IMG/VR virus record: IMGVR_UViG_3300028840_002113
From: a virus
Length of the DNA: 64,000 nucleotides
Strand: one strand, 5' to 3'
Shown here: in pieces, positions 34,851 to 43,153 of the stretch
How positions within the stretch are numbered: position 1 is the first letter of the stretch
Layout of the letters: each line of letters begins with the position of its first letter
The notes under the pieces: model-generated
Databases searched by the model: none
What the model saw: only the letters and a program-made list of their open reading frames with translations
Told to the model about the DNA's origin: nothing
Position numbers and translations under genes: made by a program

Positions 34851-35108
34851 TCATTCTGCTCGAGCTGCTGTCGGGCTTTGTCCCGATCTCCTGGAGAGAG
34901 GTCATGCTCCTCATTTGTCGCCCGACTGCATCCGGCGACCGGAGCCACAGAGGACCCCTAACGCAGAGCGATGAGTCTGGCCTGAGATTCTATACGAGCG
35001 GATTTCTTTAGTGAACCTCACTCCCCATCGCGGGAGCATCTTTGATTTGAAGCAGGAATGAACTTCTACAGTCGGGCATCCCACGGGACCTGAATTAAAG
35101 AGCCATCT

Positions 35109-35143
35109 TCCGCCTCGGGCGCGACCAAGTCCGCCCGAGCGCG
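35109..35143 (+). promoter_or_regulatory. 12-bp GC-rich hairpin overlapping the SD of the GIY-YIG gene
   Basis: CCGCCTCGGGCG (35109-35120) pairs with CGCCCGAG(C)GCGG (35131-35143), with one bulge. GGAGG at 35142-35146 is partly within the 3' arm. Confidence 0.4.
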
Positions 35144-35158
35144 GAGGCTTAATACACC

Positions 35159-35443
35159 ATGACAAAGAAACGAAAAGAGAATACCGATTGGTCCTGCTAT
35201 CTTCTGCTCTGTGCAGACGGGACGTATTATTGCGGAATCACGAACGACATGGGAAGGAGACTGAAACAGCATAATGAGGGCAAAGGGGCAAAATATACCA
35301 GAGGCAGATCTCCAGTTCATCTCGTTGCTATCAGGCAGAACATGACGCGGTCTGGAGCTGCTACATTCGAAAGAATGGTCAAAGCCAAAAAGAAAAAGGA
35401 CAAGGTCGTTTTCTTCAAGACGTTCGGTGTTCAGTCATGCTGA
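35159..35443 (+). CDS. GIY-YIG nuclease superfamily protein (YhbQ/UPF0213-like)
   Basis: [38 protein letters not shown] aligns with E. coli YhbQ ([37 protein letters not shown]). Confidence 0.75.
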   Translation: MTKKRKENTDWSCYLLLCADGTYYCGITNDMGRRLKQHNEGKGAKYTRGRSPVHLVAIRQNMTRSGAATFERMVKAKKKKDKVVFFKTFGVQSC

Positions 35444-35676
35444 TCATGGGCGAATGGTGTTTTGAATGCGGAAGGATAACGCGATGGACGTCGCGCTCCA
35501 TCAATGACACGACGACGTCTTTGGGTTTGCGACTGTTCTACACTTGCGATCATTGTGGAGCGAGGCGATTTAGGACTCTACTCGGTGGTTTCAATGGCGG
35601 AAGAGAGGGCAAGGTACGACGGCAAATACACAGCAGAAGAAGTCGTGCGCCTCGCTCTGCCGTCGCTTCGGCTTGA
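35437..35676 (+). CDS. hypothetical zinc-ribbon protein
   Basis: CFECGR ... CDHCGA. The 3' third overlaps the next ORF by 83 nt, so the true end or frame is uncertain. Confidence 0.35.
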   Translation: MLIMGEWCFECGRITRWTSRSINDTTTSLGLRLFYTCDHCGARRFRTLLGGFNGGREGKVRRQIHSRRSRAPRSAVASA

Positions 35677-35824
35677 TCCGCTGACTGCGACTCGTGTCTG
35701 GCGATGGTCCGAATGGCTTATGGCCGAAGGTTTCATCCTCGCTCATGGCGGGGACTGTTTTTCGTTCACCGAAGACGGCAAGAAGGCTCTGGACTGGAAG
35801 GAACGGTCAATAGAGCGCGGATGA
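35594..35824 (+). CDS. hypothetical winged-helix-like protein
   Basis: ATG 35594 inside track ORF 35504..35824. Sequence: [10 protein letters not shown]...WSEWLMAEGFILAHGGDCFSFTEDGKKAL. Confidence 0.4.
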   Translation: MAEERARYDGKYTAEEVVRLALPSLRLDPLTATRVWRWSEWLMAEGFILAHGGDCFSFTEDGKKALDWKERSIERG

Positions 35825-35837
35825 AAGGAGGATTTCA

Positions 35838-36551
35838 ATGGGACTCAAGGACTTCGAGGACAAGATCACGGGCGACGAAGAAATCAAAAAGAGCTTCAAG
35901 GGATCCCTTTCCCTGCTCGCGAAGCAGGACATGGAAGGGAAACTCATGGAGAAGCGGATCAACATCGAACAGGCAGAGAACGGCGTCATTCTCCGTATCT
36001 CCATGGAGGCCGAGTTCGGCAAGGGAGACAAGCGGGACTGGAAATACATCAACAAGTCGTACATCTTCCCGGACATGAAGGAAGTCCTTCCGATCCTGGA
36101 AAAGGAAATGAAATTCTCGAGGGGCGAGAAGATCATGCTTTCCGAATTCCTCAAGGCGAAGAAGGGAGCGAAGGTTCACGCAGTCGCCAAGCGAACGCTC
36201 AACTTCGTCACCGGAGATGGCGACGGTCACGTCCACATGGGACACGGGACGATCGTGGACAAGAAGGTCGGCGACAAGATCGTCAAGGTTTTCGAAGGCG
36301 AGACCATGGAGAACGCGGTCTATTGGAAGCTCGGCCAGCAAGAGAAGGAAAAGCCCGAGACCGATTTCACCAAGACGGTCAACGCGACGCTCCATGCTCA
36401 CAAGCATTCGTTCAGCATCCCGCTCACGAAGGGCGACGAGAGCGGATGGCGCATCTACGGGCAGACCACGAAGGCCGAAGAGCACGATCATCCCGTGGAC
36501 TTCCTGGATTTCTGGTCCACTCCCGTGACCAATTCCCCGGACCAGAAATAG
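35838..36551 (+). CDS. HxH-triad protein, paralogue 1
   Basis: Three HxH motifs: GHVHMGHG, HAHKHSFSIPLTKG and EEHDHPV. HKHSFSIPLTKG parallels HQHRISLTLTKG in the 48788 gene. Confidence 0.6.
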   Translation: MGLKDFEDKITGDEEIKKSFKGSLSLLAKQDMEGKLMEKRINIEQAENGVILRISMEAEFGKGDKRDWKYINKSYIFPDMKEVLPILEKEMKFSRGEKIMLSEFLKAKKGAKVHAVAKRTLNFVTGDGDGHVHMGHGTIVDKKVGDKIVKVFEGETMENAVYWKLGQQEKEKPETDFTKTVNATLHAHKHSFSIPLTKGDESGWRIYGQTTKAEEHDHPVDFLDFWSTPVTNSPDQK

Positions 36552-36584
36552 GTCAACAGCCAGCTTTGAATTGAGGGTCGTACG

Positions 36585-38063
36585 ATGTTGGAAAGACTTC
36601 CGGCTGATTATTTCGCGGACGGTGACAGGCTCGCGGTCCCGGATCGTGGTGCAGTCGAGAACCGTCAGCGTGATCTCGCCACCTTGATCAACGAGGAGGT
36701 GATTGACCGCACGAATGCAAGGGAGACGACAGCCGAGCTGAATCTGTGGGTTGATCCGGTCAACGGTTCTGACTCCGCAGATGGGCAATCGGAGTCGCGT
36801 CCGATTCGCACTTGCGCTCGCCTCGCGGAAATCCTGCCGATGTTTATCAAGCATCGTACGACCGTCAATTTCAAAGAAGGGACTCTTGACCCGTTGACAT
36901 TGGAAGGGAATGTCGTATTTACAAGCGACAAATCTACGGACCCGATGTTCAAGCTGATCGGTACGACGGGCAAAAAAACATTGACGACAGGGGTGAACGA
37001 AGGCGTCGCAAGCGGAGGCGGTCGGTGGTATATCGACAAGCCGACAGGTGAGCCTGATTGGACTGCAAGCGAAATGAAGGGCGAACTTCTGGTATTGACC
37101 GGAGGAACGCTTGCCGGAAATACATATTTGATCAGGGACAATACTACGACACGAATTGAAATTATGCGGACAGGTTCGTTTGGAACTCCGCCTGACAATA
37201 CCACGGAATTTGAAGTACACGATCGCAAGACGCTATTTGATGCGAACGGCGATCCAGGCAGGTTCGGGTTCGGACCATTGGAACTCATTGGCTTGCAGAC
37301 AACGGATCGTTCGTTCAATAACGAAGATATCAGCATTCAGAATTTCCATATGGATGGCGGTGGATTCGGCGGATTCGGCTGGGCTCTCATTTTGGATTCA
37401 TGCCTTGCAGATGTGGCCGTCAGAAATATGTTGTTTACAAATAAAGCCCTTCCACAATCTTCGCGAACAAATTATTTCAGGATGTCGAATAGTGCAATCT
37501 TCGGCCCGAATACAGGGTTTGCTTTCTGGTCTTTGTCTGCAGCTGAATCAATAGCTCTGTTCAGGAACATTTTCTACGGGGATGTTCTTGATTTGTCGCT
37601 TTCAAGGGTAGTTTCCGCGAGCATCTTTGATAATGAATTTCGAAACGAAGAAATCAGATATACGAATTGCGGACAATGTTCATTGACCGGAAGCATAATT
37701 GACGGCGTCACTATGCGATTTGAATATTTGATGGACCTATTTTTGTTCGAAAATGTCATAAGGAATATACCGAATCCAATGCGGATCGAACACGTCAAAC
37801 ACGCTCAGTCCTGGGCAGACGATATCGGGTCAAGTGTATCGGATGCGATCAAGGTCGTCAAATCATTCCTTCGTGTTACGGACATCATCGGCACGGGGAA
37901 CGGTGGATATGGAATTCGGCTCGAGAACGGAGCCTTCCTTGAAACGTCCGGAACGAATACTTTGACAGGAACGAGCGGTGACATCAAGCCTGGAGCGTTA
38001 GGTGCGACTCTGTGGGGAGGCCTGCCCGTCACCGATCCGACGCAGCTTGTGAGGGCTTACTAA
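36585..38063 (+). CDS. putative receptor-binding / beta-helix tail-spike-like protein, paralogue B
   Basis: The N-terminal LPADYFADGDRLAV is shared with the 32829 gene. 492 aa with repetitive short beta-strand/turn periodicity. Confidence 0.45.
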   Translation: MLERLPADYFADGDRLAVPDRGAVENRQRDLATLINEEVIDRTNARETTAELNLWVDPVNGSDSADGQSESRPIRTCARLAEILPMFIKHRTTVNFKEGTLDPLTLEGNVVFTSDKSTDPMFKLIGTTGKKTLTTGVNEGVASGGGRWYIDKPTGEPDWTASEMKGELLVLTGGTLAGNTYLIRDNTTTRIEIMRTGSFGTPPDNTTEFEVHDRKTLFDANGDPGRFGFGPLELIGLQTTDRSFNNEDISIQNFHMDGGGFGGFGWALILDSCLADVAVRNMLFTNKALPQSSRTNYFRMSNSAIFGPNTGFAFWSLSAAESIALFRNIFYGDVLDLSLSRVVSASIFDNEFRNEEIRYTNCGQCSLTGSIIDGVTMRFEYLMDLFLFENVIRNIPNPMRIEHVKHAQSWADDIGSSVSDAIKVVKSFLRVTDIIGTGNGGYGIRLENGAFLETSGTNTLTGTSGDIKPGALGATLWGGLPVTDPTQLVRAY

Positions 38064-38236
38064 TGATCTCTCCTCAAGTAAGTGCAAAGGCCATTCAGGT
38101 CGGTGGCGAAAATCTGTTGAAAATCTTTCAGCAGAACGATCTAGCTGGCTTGACCGTCGCAGAAACGGCAGACGGCCTCGCTTCCGACGGCATCATCACG
38201 ACTGGACAGGCTGACGAAATCAAAGCGTTAGCCTAA
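38063..38236 (+). CDS. hypothetical protein
   Basis: ATG 38063 overlaps the upstream stop (TAATG). 57 aa. Confidence 0.4.
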   Translation: MISPQVSAKAIQVGGENLLKIFQQNDLAGLTVAETADGLASDGIITTGQADEIKALA

Positions 38237-38264
38237 TCCACAAAGCCAGACGGCATGGAGTGGA

Positions 38265-38615
38265 ATGATGGGAAAGAAGAAGAATAAGAATGTTCAACCT
38301 GACGGCAAAGATCGAGTCATATTCGACCAAATAAACGGAAGGGTTTCATATCAAGGCGTTAATTTAGGGGCGGACAGCATTCGGGCGTTCGTCGGTCTTG
38401 CTGGCCTACAGAAAATGATTCGCTTCGGAATCGACGCGAGTGGAAAATATGCTGTGATTCAACGTGTCCCTGAGGGCATAGAATCATTCTATGCAGAAGT
38501 CGCAAGGCTCTGCGAAAAGTACAAGAATGATCCAGCGAAAGGCTTCCAGGAGATTCGTCGTACGACTCTGTTCGCCGAATCTGTCCTTGCGAAAGAACAG
38601 GAGGGAGACCGATGA
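38265..38615 (+). CDS. hypothetical protein
   Basis: 116-aa ORF with GGAGTGG upstream. Confidence 0.55.
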   Translation: MMGKKKNKNVQPDGKDRVIFDQINGRVSYQGVNLGADSIRAFVGLAGLQKMIRFGIDASGKYAVIQRVPEGIESFYAEVARLCEKYKNDPAKGFQEIRRTTLFAESVLAKEQEGDR

Positions 38616-39058
38616 CCGAGAACGCTCACAAGCCGACGATGGACTTGGAGTACGACGATGCTCTGTACTCCAACCGAATCGTCATGGCGAAGTCGGGTTC
38701 AGCTCAGTTCCAAAGCCTGTCGGACGGCGTCCCGAAAGAGGAATCAATTCCCTGGGAACGATGGGTCACGGGCGACGAGAGGCTGTTCGCAGCTTTGCTC
38801 CGGCGGATCGTGATCGAAAAACAATCGGGGACGGCCACGACCCTGGACTGGGCGATCGGCGTGAAGTCCGGCGCGACAGGGGTCGAGATCGTCGCTTCAG
38901 CTTCAGGCGTCGCGATGCCCGTGGATACTGGACTGAACCTGAAGGAATGGGTTTCCGAAGAAACGACGGCCAAGAACGGCCTCCTGTTCGTGACCCTGAC
39001 TCCGCATGGAGGCGGAGGCAATTTCATCGTTCGTGTCTACGCCGACCCCAAGAAATAG
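38612..39058 (+). CDS. hypothetical protein
   Basis: 148-aa ORF with an ATGA overlap and GGAGGGAGA upstream. Confidence 0.55.
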   Translation: MTENAHKPTMDLEYDDALYSNRIVMAKSGSAQFQSLSDGVPKEESIPWERWVTGDERLFAALLRRIVIEKQSGTATTLDWAIGVKSGATGVEIVASASGVAMPVDTGLNLKEWVSEETTAKNGLLFVTLTPHGGGGNFIVRVYADPKK

Positions 39059-39090
39059 GACGCTCACTGATCTGAGCTAGGAGACGTGTC

Positions 39091-40365
39091 ATGGCCGGAG
39101 TTCAGTATCCCTACTCTGAAAAGATCGTCACGAACGATGTAGACATCGTCGAGGACGATGACCATAACAAACAAGAAGAGCAGCTGAAGGCTCTGACGGC
39201 AGCTCGTGGAGGGAAATGGGCTGACGATGCTGGTAGACCGACGCCGACGGTAGATAATCCGTATCCTCTTGGATATAACGTCGCGAGGACGTCGTACGAA
39301 TATTGGACCGGATCAGCTTGGGTTCAGTTCGAGATCACGGCAAGAAAGGGAGCTGCGAGTGGATACTGTCCTTTGGACGGTTCCGCGTTGATTCCCCCTG
39401 CATACCTTCCGGCAGGACCATATCCACCATCTGCCCATAAGACATCGCACGAGTCTGGAGGGGGAGACGAACTCAGCTTAGCTGGGATGAGTGGATTGCT
39501 TGCGACTCCACAGACTCCGGCGTCTCACGCATCAACGCATGAAGGCGGAAGCGATCCTGTAACACCAGCTGGAATCGGCGCGGATACTCCAGCGAATAGA
39601 AATGCAGCTATCGCGACTCATGCCGGGATTTCAGCTGCTCACCATACTCGTCCAGTAAATGGCGAGCTCCTTCCTGCAGCTCACGCATCCAGCCACGAAT
39701 CGGGCGGAGCAGACCAAATGAGCGTCTCTGGTCTGCTCGGGCTTCTCGGGAATGCACAGACTCCCCTTCCGCACAAGAATACTCACGTTGTCGGCGGAAC
39801 AGATGCGTTTCTAATCACGGATGTAATCAATGCGCTCGTCACAAGGTTCCAGGATGCAGGAGGCGTCAATTGGGTCTTCGGTGCCCTGAATCCGAACGAG
39901 GCTTTGTATACGAGTCCGAGCGGTCAAATTCTTGGGACTCCAATCGTATCGCCGAAGAAGATGGTCTTTGCACTTGGAAGAAGAACGAATAATTATGGAA
40001 ATTATGCTGTCGCCGAAATTGGATCGAACGCACAAGGATATTTCTCTTTCTATATCCCGGACGATTTCAATTCGCTTGTCAGTCTAAAGATAATCGGTAT
40101 CGTCAGTCCTGCAGCTGCTGGAACGGGCAAGGACATCGATCTTTTTACAAACTATGCACAGCACGGGGAACTCTATAATACTCATGCAGAAACAGACACG
40201 ACGACGACCTATGATCTATCTGCCGAATCGAACAGGCTATACGAACTTGATATATCTGGAGTCTTCACAGGAATCACAGCTGGCGACCATTGTGGAATTG
40301 AGGTTGACCACAATTCAATCGGCGGTTCTATCTACTATCTGAACATCGAGCTTGAGTACAATTAA
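39091..40365 (+). CDS. tail fibre protein (His-rich repeat family)
   Basis: Repeated modules AHKTSHESGGGDELSLAGMSGLLATPQTP, SHASTHEGGSDPVTPAGIGA and AHASSHESGGADQMSVSGLLGLLGNAQTP. The N-domain is shared with the 40666 gene. Confidence 0.6.
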   Translation: MAGVQYPYSEKIVTNDVDIVEDDDHNKQEEQLKALTAARGGKWADDAGRPTPTVDNPYPLGYNVARTSYEYWTGSAWVQFEITARKGAASGYCPLDGSALIPPAYLPAGPYPPSAHKTSHESGGGDELSLAGMSGLLATPQTPASHASTHEGGSDPVTPAGIGADTPANRNAAIATHAGISAAHHTRPVNGELLPAAHASSHESGGADQMSVSGLLGLLGNAQTPLPHKNTHVVGGTDAFLITDVINALVTRFQDAGGVNWVFGALNPNEALYTSPSGQILGTPIVSPKKMVFALGRRTNNYGNYAVAEIGSNAQGYFSFYIPDDFNSLVSLKIIGIVSPAAAGTGKDIDLFTNYAQHGELYNTHAETDTTTTYDLSAESNRLYELDISGVFTGITAGDHCGIEVDHNSIGGSIYYLNIELEYN

Positions 40366-40382
40366 GAATCGAAGGAGGTCCG

Positions 40383-40634
40383 ATGCCTTTTCCTTATTCA
40401 TACACTCGCGAACTCCTTCCTGAAGGAGCGTACGACATCGACAACCCGAACAGGGTTGACGGTGAAGGGAAACAGATCTACCTCGCGAAAGAAGTGGAAC
40501 CTGCATTCCCTGGGAAACATTTCCGCGTCGTTTGTGACGAGGACAGTTGCGATATCATTTTTGAGGAGGAATTGGATAGCGGAGAACAGGCTGTTCTCAC
40601 GCAGAAGGTCAACGAACACAAGGCGAACGCCTAA
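40383..40634 (+). CDS. hypothetical protein (possible fibre chaperone by position)
   Basis: 83-aa ORF with GAAGGAGG upstream. Lies between fibre paralogues. Confidence 0.45.
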   Translation: MPFPYSYTRELLPEGAYDIDNPNRVDGEGKQIYLAKEVEPAFPGKHFRVVCDEDSCDIIFEEELDSGEQAVLTQKVNEHKANA

Positions 40635-40665
40635 CAAGGACCCTTCATAATTCGCTGAGGTTGAT

Positions 40666-41202
40666 ATGAGTGTCCTTGAATGGCCTTATGAAGTACCGAA
40701 TTACGAAGACGACCATGATTTCTACCTTGCCGAACATCAGAATCGGCAAGATAGGCAAATCCAGGTTCTCACTCAGCGTGTCAATAGATTCTGGGTTGAC
40801 GACGATCATAGGCCGGAGCCAGTAGACCCATCTGATAGATATCCAATCGGGTTCAATATCTCTCGAAATACTTACGAGTTCTTCAACGGAGCAATTTGGA
40901 TACAGGTTAATTCGGCCCTCGTTAATACCTTTCTTGGATTACTTGACACGCCGAATTCATTCTCTGGTCAAAGCGGGAAGCTTCTCGCTGTCAATACATC
41001 AGAGTCCGGGATCGAATTCATTGAAGGAGGCGGTGGATTCGTGCCTTATGTTGGGAGCTTTGAACAGCCAGAACCTCCGACGCCTTTGCAAGTTCCCAAC
41101 GGAGCGTTCGCATTCTGGATCGACACAGATGATGGAGATGCGATGTACTTCGTTCGAAACCGTGGAAACGTAATCAAGGCAGTCGAAATGACTGCCGTAT
41201 AA
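40666..41202 (+). CDS. tail fibre-related protein (shares N-domain with 39091 gene)
   Basis: WPYEVPNYEDDHDF..HQNRQDRQIQVLT..RPEPVDPSDRYPIGFNISRNTYEFFNGAIWIQV parallels YPYSE..DDDHNKQEEQLKALT..RPTPTVDNPYPLGYNVARTSYEYWTGSAWVQF. Confidence 0.55.
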   Translation: MSVLEWPYEVPNYEDDHDFYLAEHQNRQDRQIQVLTQRVNRFWVDDDHRPEPVDPSDRYPIGFNISRNTYEFFNGAIWIQVNSALVNTFLGLLDTPNSFSGQSGKLLAVNTSESGIEFIEGGGGFVPYVGSFEQPEPPTPLQVPNGAFAFWIDTDDGDAMYFVRNRGNVIKAVEMTAV

Positions 41203-41217
41203 AAGGAGGAACCGAGT

Positions 41218-42027
41218 ATGACTGCTCACAGGAAAGTTCATGGTCTTGGGAGTGCAGACGATCATGGAGTCGCAACCCTATCCGCGCTCAATGCGCTGAT
41301 TTCAGACGCGACATTGGACGACGCATCGTCGCCGAGAACGCCATCGAGTCACGCTTCCAGTCACCAGAATGGCGGAGGAGACGAGATCAGCGTCGCAGGT
41401 CTGTCGGGACTCCTGGCCGATCCGCAGACGCCGACGACTCACGCTTCCAGTCACGCGACGGCAGGGGCAGATCCGGTATCTCCGGCCTCCATCGGTGCAT
41501 CGCCGAATCCGCACACGATCGAAGGCTCGAATCACAATCTCGGCATCCTTCTGGCGTCAACCCTGTTCGGCAAGAACTCGGGCGGAACGGCAGCTGCAAT
41601 CCCGTTCGCAAAGGCAGCGACGGGAGACACGGTCGCGCAACGAGAATCGGACGGCCGAATCAAAGGCGCAACTCCCGTGGATACGGGCGACCTCACGACG
41701 AAACAATACGTTGACGACACGTTCAGCTCGTCTCGTCTCGTGCAGAATCCTGTCGAGGTCTGGAAGGTCAAAGACGATGCGGATCAGGGAGGCGTCGGGA
41801 CACCGACTCCGACGGAGAACGGAGAGGCATGGGTCGTCGTCGGATGGGGAGGAGCAGGAGCGGTCTATCTGAATACGCCGGATTCCCTGCCGATGGCGAC
41901 ATCGCTCAGTGGAACGGTTCCGGCTGGAATCGTGTCGTTCAAGGTTCAGGCGGAGAGGTTCCTGCGAACACTCGGTTCGTGGTCATCGGCACGGTCGGCG
42001 ACGGTTCGGCAGCTGGAAGCTTCCTGA
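41218..42027 (+). CDS. tail fibre protein, N-terminal part (frame interrupted near 41860)
   Basis: SHASSHQNGGGDEISVAGLSGLLADPQTPTTHASSHATAGADPVSPASIGA repeats. After about 41865 the translation degrades to Ser/Arg-rich sequence until the stop at 42027. Confidence 0.55.
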   Translation: MTAHRKVHGLGSADDHGVATLSALNALISDATLDDASSPRTPSSHASSHQNGGGDEISVAGLSGLLADPQTPTTHASSHATAGADPVSPASIGASPNPHTIEGSNHNLGILLASTLFGKNSGGTAAAIPFAKAATGDTVAQRESDGRIKGATPVDTGDLTTKQYVDDTFSSSRLVQNPVEVWKVKDDADQGGVGTPTPTENGEAWVVVGWGGAGAVYLNTPDSLPMATSLSGTVPAGIVSFKVQAERFLRTLGSWSSARSATVRQLEAS

Positions 42028-42491
42028 ACCACGAAGCGGAAATCGGAACGGCAGACGGTCTCGGCGTCTATTCGTTCGAGACGCCTTCGGACGGATGGCA
42101 GGTGACGATCGACAATTCACAGGCATACAAAGCCTATGCGATCATCGTCTACAATGCCGTCCTCCAGACATGGGCGATCATCCAAGCTGCAGTCCAGGCT
42201 CACAATTCCTCGACCGGAATTCAGGGAGGCGACATCGGCGCGGACGAAGCCTATCACCTGACGCTGATCGAGCATACGAGCCTGACCGGAGCCCTGACCG
42301 AGATCGATCATCTGGGACCGATCGTGACTTCGGCCGATCCGAGCGGTCTGCCGACAACGGCAGAACTCGCAGCTGCATGGGGAGGCGAGGACTGGGGAAT
42401 CGCCATCGGTCTGCTCGGCGAGATCTTCGTCTGCTTCTTGAACGCGGCGAAGGATCAGGGATACGCTGTCGGGATGGGACCCCTGCTCTAA
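41829..42491 (+). CDS. tail fibre protein, C-terminal part (continues the 41218 gene in the -1 frame)
   Basis: From about 41865 this frame reads YAGFPADGDIAQWNGSGWNRVV...TRFVVIG, a plausible continuation of ...GEAWVVVGWGGAGA. The first roughly 12 codons of the track ORF are probably not real. Confidence 0.5.
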   Translation: MGRRRMGRSRSGLSEYAGFPADGDIAQWNGSGWNRVVQGSGGEVPANTRFVVIGTVGDGSAAGSFLNHEAEIGTADGLGVYSFETPSDGWQVTIDNSQAYKAYAIIVYNAVLQTWAIIQAAVQAHNSSTGIQGGDIGADEAYHLTLIEHTSLTGALTEIDHLGPIVTSADPSGLPTTAELAAAWGGEDWGIAIGLLGEIFVCFLNAAKDQGYAVGMGPLL

Positions 42492-42508
42492 CAGATCAAA
42501 GGTTGAAA

Positions 42509-42534
42509 GGGGAGGCCTCTGGTGAGGCCTCCCC
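42509..42534 (+). terminator. perfect 11-bp GC-rich hairpin after the fibre block
   Basis: GGGGAGGCCTC (42509-42519), loop TGGT, GAGGCCTCCCC (42524-42534). No downstream U-tract. Confidence 0.45.
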
Positions 42535-42569
42535 AATCAGCCATCCCTATTGATGAAAGGGGACCAAAG

Positions 42570-42962
42570 ATGCTCACGGAAGAAAAGCTTGCGGAGGTCA
42601 AGGAAAAAGCCAAGGAGTCAGGTCTCAGTGAGGAATTCAACCTGCTAATCAGGGACACGATCGGCAGGGAGAAGAGAGCGGCCGAGGCTGAGGAAAGGAA
42701 TGCGATCTATCTGGGGACGCTTCAGCAGATCGCGCTCGCTTTCAACATCTCGACTCCGCTCACCGATCAACAGGTCAGGAATCTGCCCGTTCAGGTCAAA
42801 GGGCTCAAGGATCGGTCAGTGATGGCCGGAGAGTCGCTCCGAACCTGGATCTTCGGGTTCTGCGTCGGCAAGGGAATCGAGATTCCGGAAGACGTCGTGA
42901 CGGCAGAACAGGCGATCAAGTTCTTGGCCGGAATGGTCGTGGTCAACGGCGAAGAGGAATAA
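42570..42962 (+). CDS. hypothetical protein
   Basis: ATG 42570 follows AAAGGGGA, inside track ORF 42522..42962. Confidence 0.5.
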   Translation: MLTEEKLAEVKEKAKESGLSEEFNLLIRDTIGREKRAAEAEERNAIYLGTLQQIALAFNISTPLTDQQVRNLPVQVKGLKDRSVMAGESLRTWIFGFCVGKGIEIPEDVVTAEQAIKFLAGMVVVNGEEE

Positions 42963-42965
42963 CCG

Positions 42966-43151
42966 ATGGCGAGGCAATATGGGACTGACGTCTACGGAGG
43001 CGGTCTTTATGGGGAACCGAAAGTCCGTGAGAACGGATACGTCTTCGTGACCCGATCCGTAGAGCGTCAGTCCCATGTCGTCCGCCGATACGAGGTTGTC
43101 GTGCAGGTCGTCCGGAAGGTTGAAGTAATCAGGCAGGTCGCGAGGGATTAA
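42966..43151 (+). CDS. hypothetical protein
   Basis: 61-aa ORF with GAGGAA upstream. Confidence 0.45.
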   Translation: MARQYGTDVYGGGLYGEPKVRENGYVFVTRSVERQSHVVRRYEVVVQVVRKVEVIRQVARD

Positions 43152-43153
43152 AT

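Noticed and set aside
34851-35443. Group I intron carrying a GIY-YIG homing endonuclease
   Set aside because: The flanking genes are complete: speH has its own stop, and there is no split conserved gene. The nuclease is the short YhbQ type without a DNA-binding extension. I could not find P7/P3-like intron core elements.
35835-37220. 461-aa ORF on the minus strand
   Set aside because: It is antisense to the HxH-triad gene and receptor-binding paralogue B. It is Arg/Asp/Leu-rich with no SD, and all neighbouring real genes are on the + strand.
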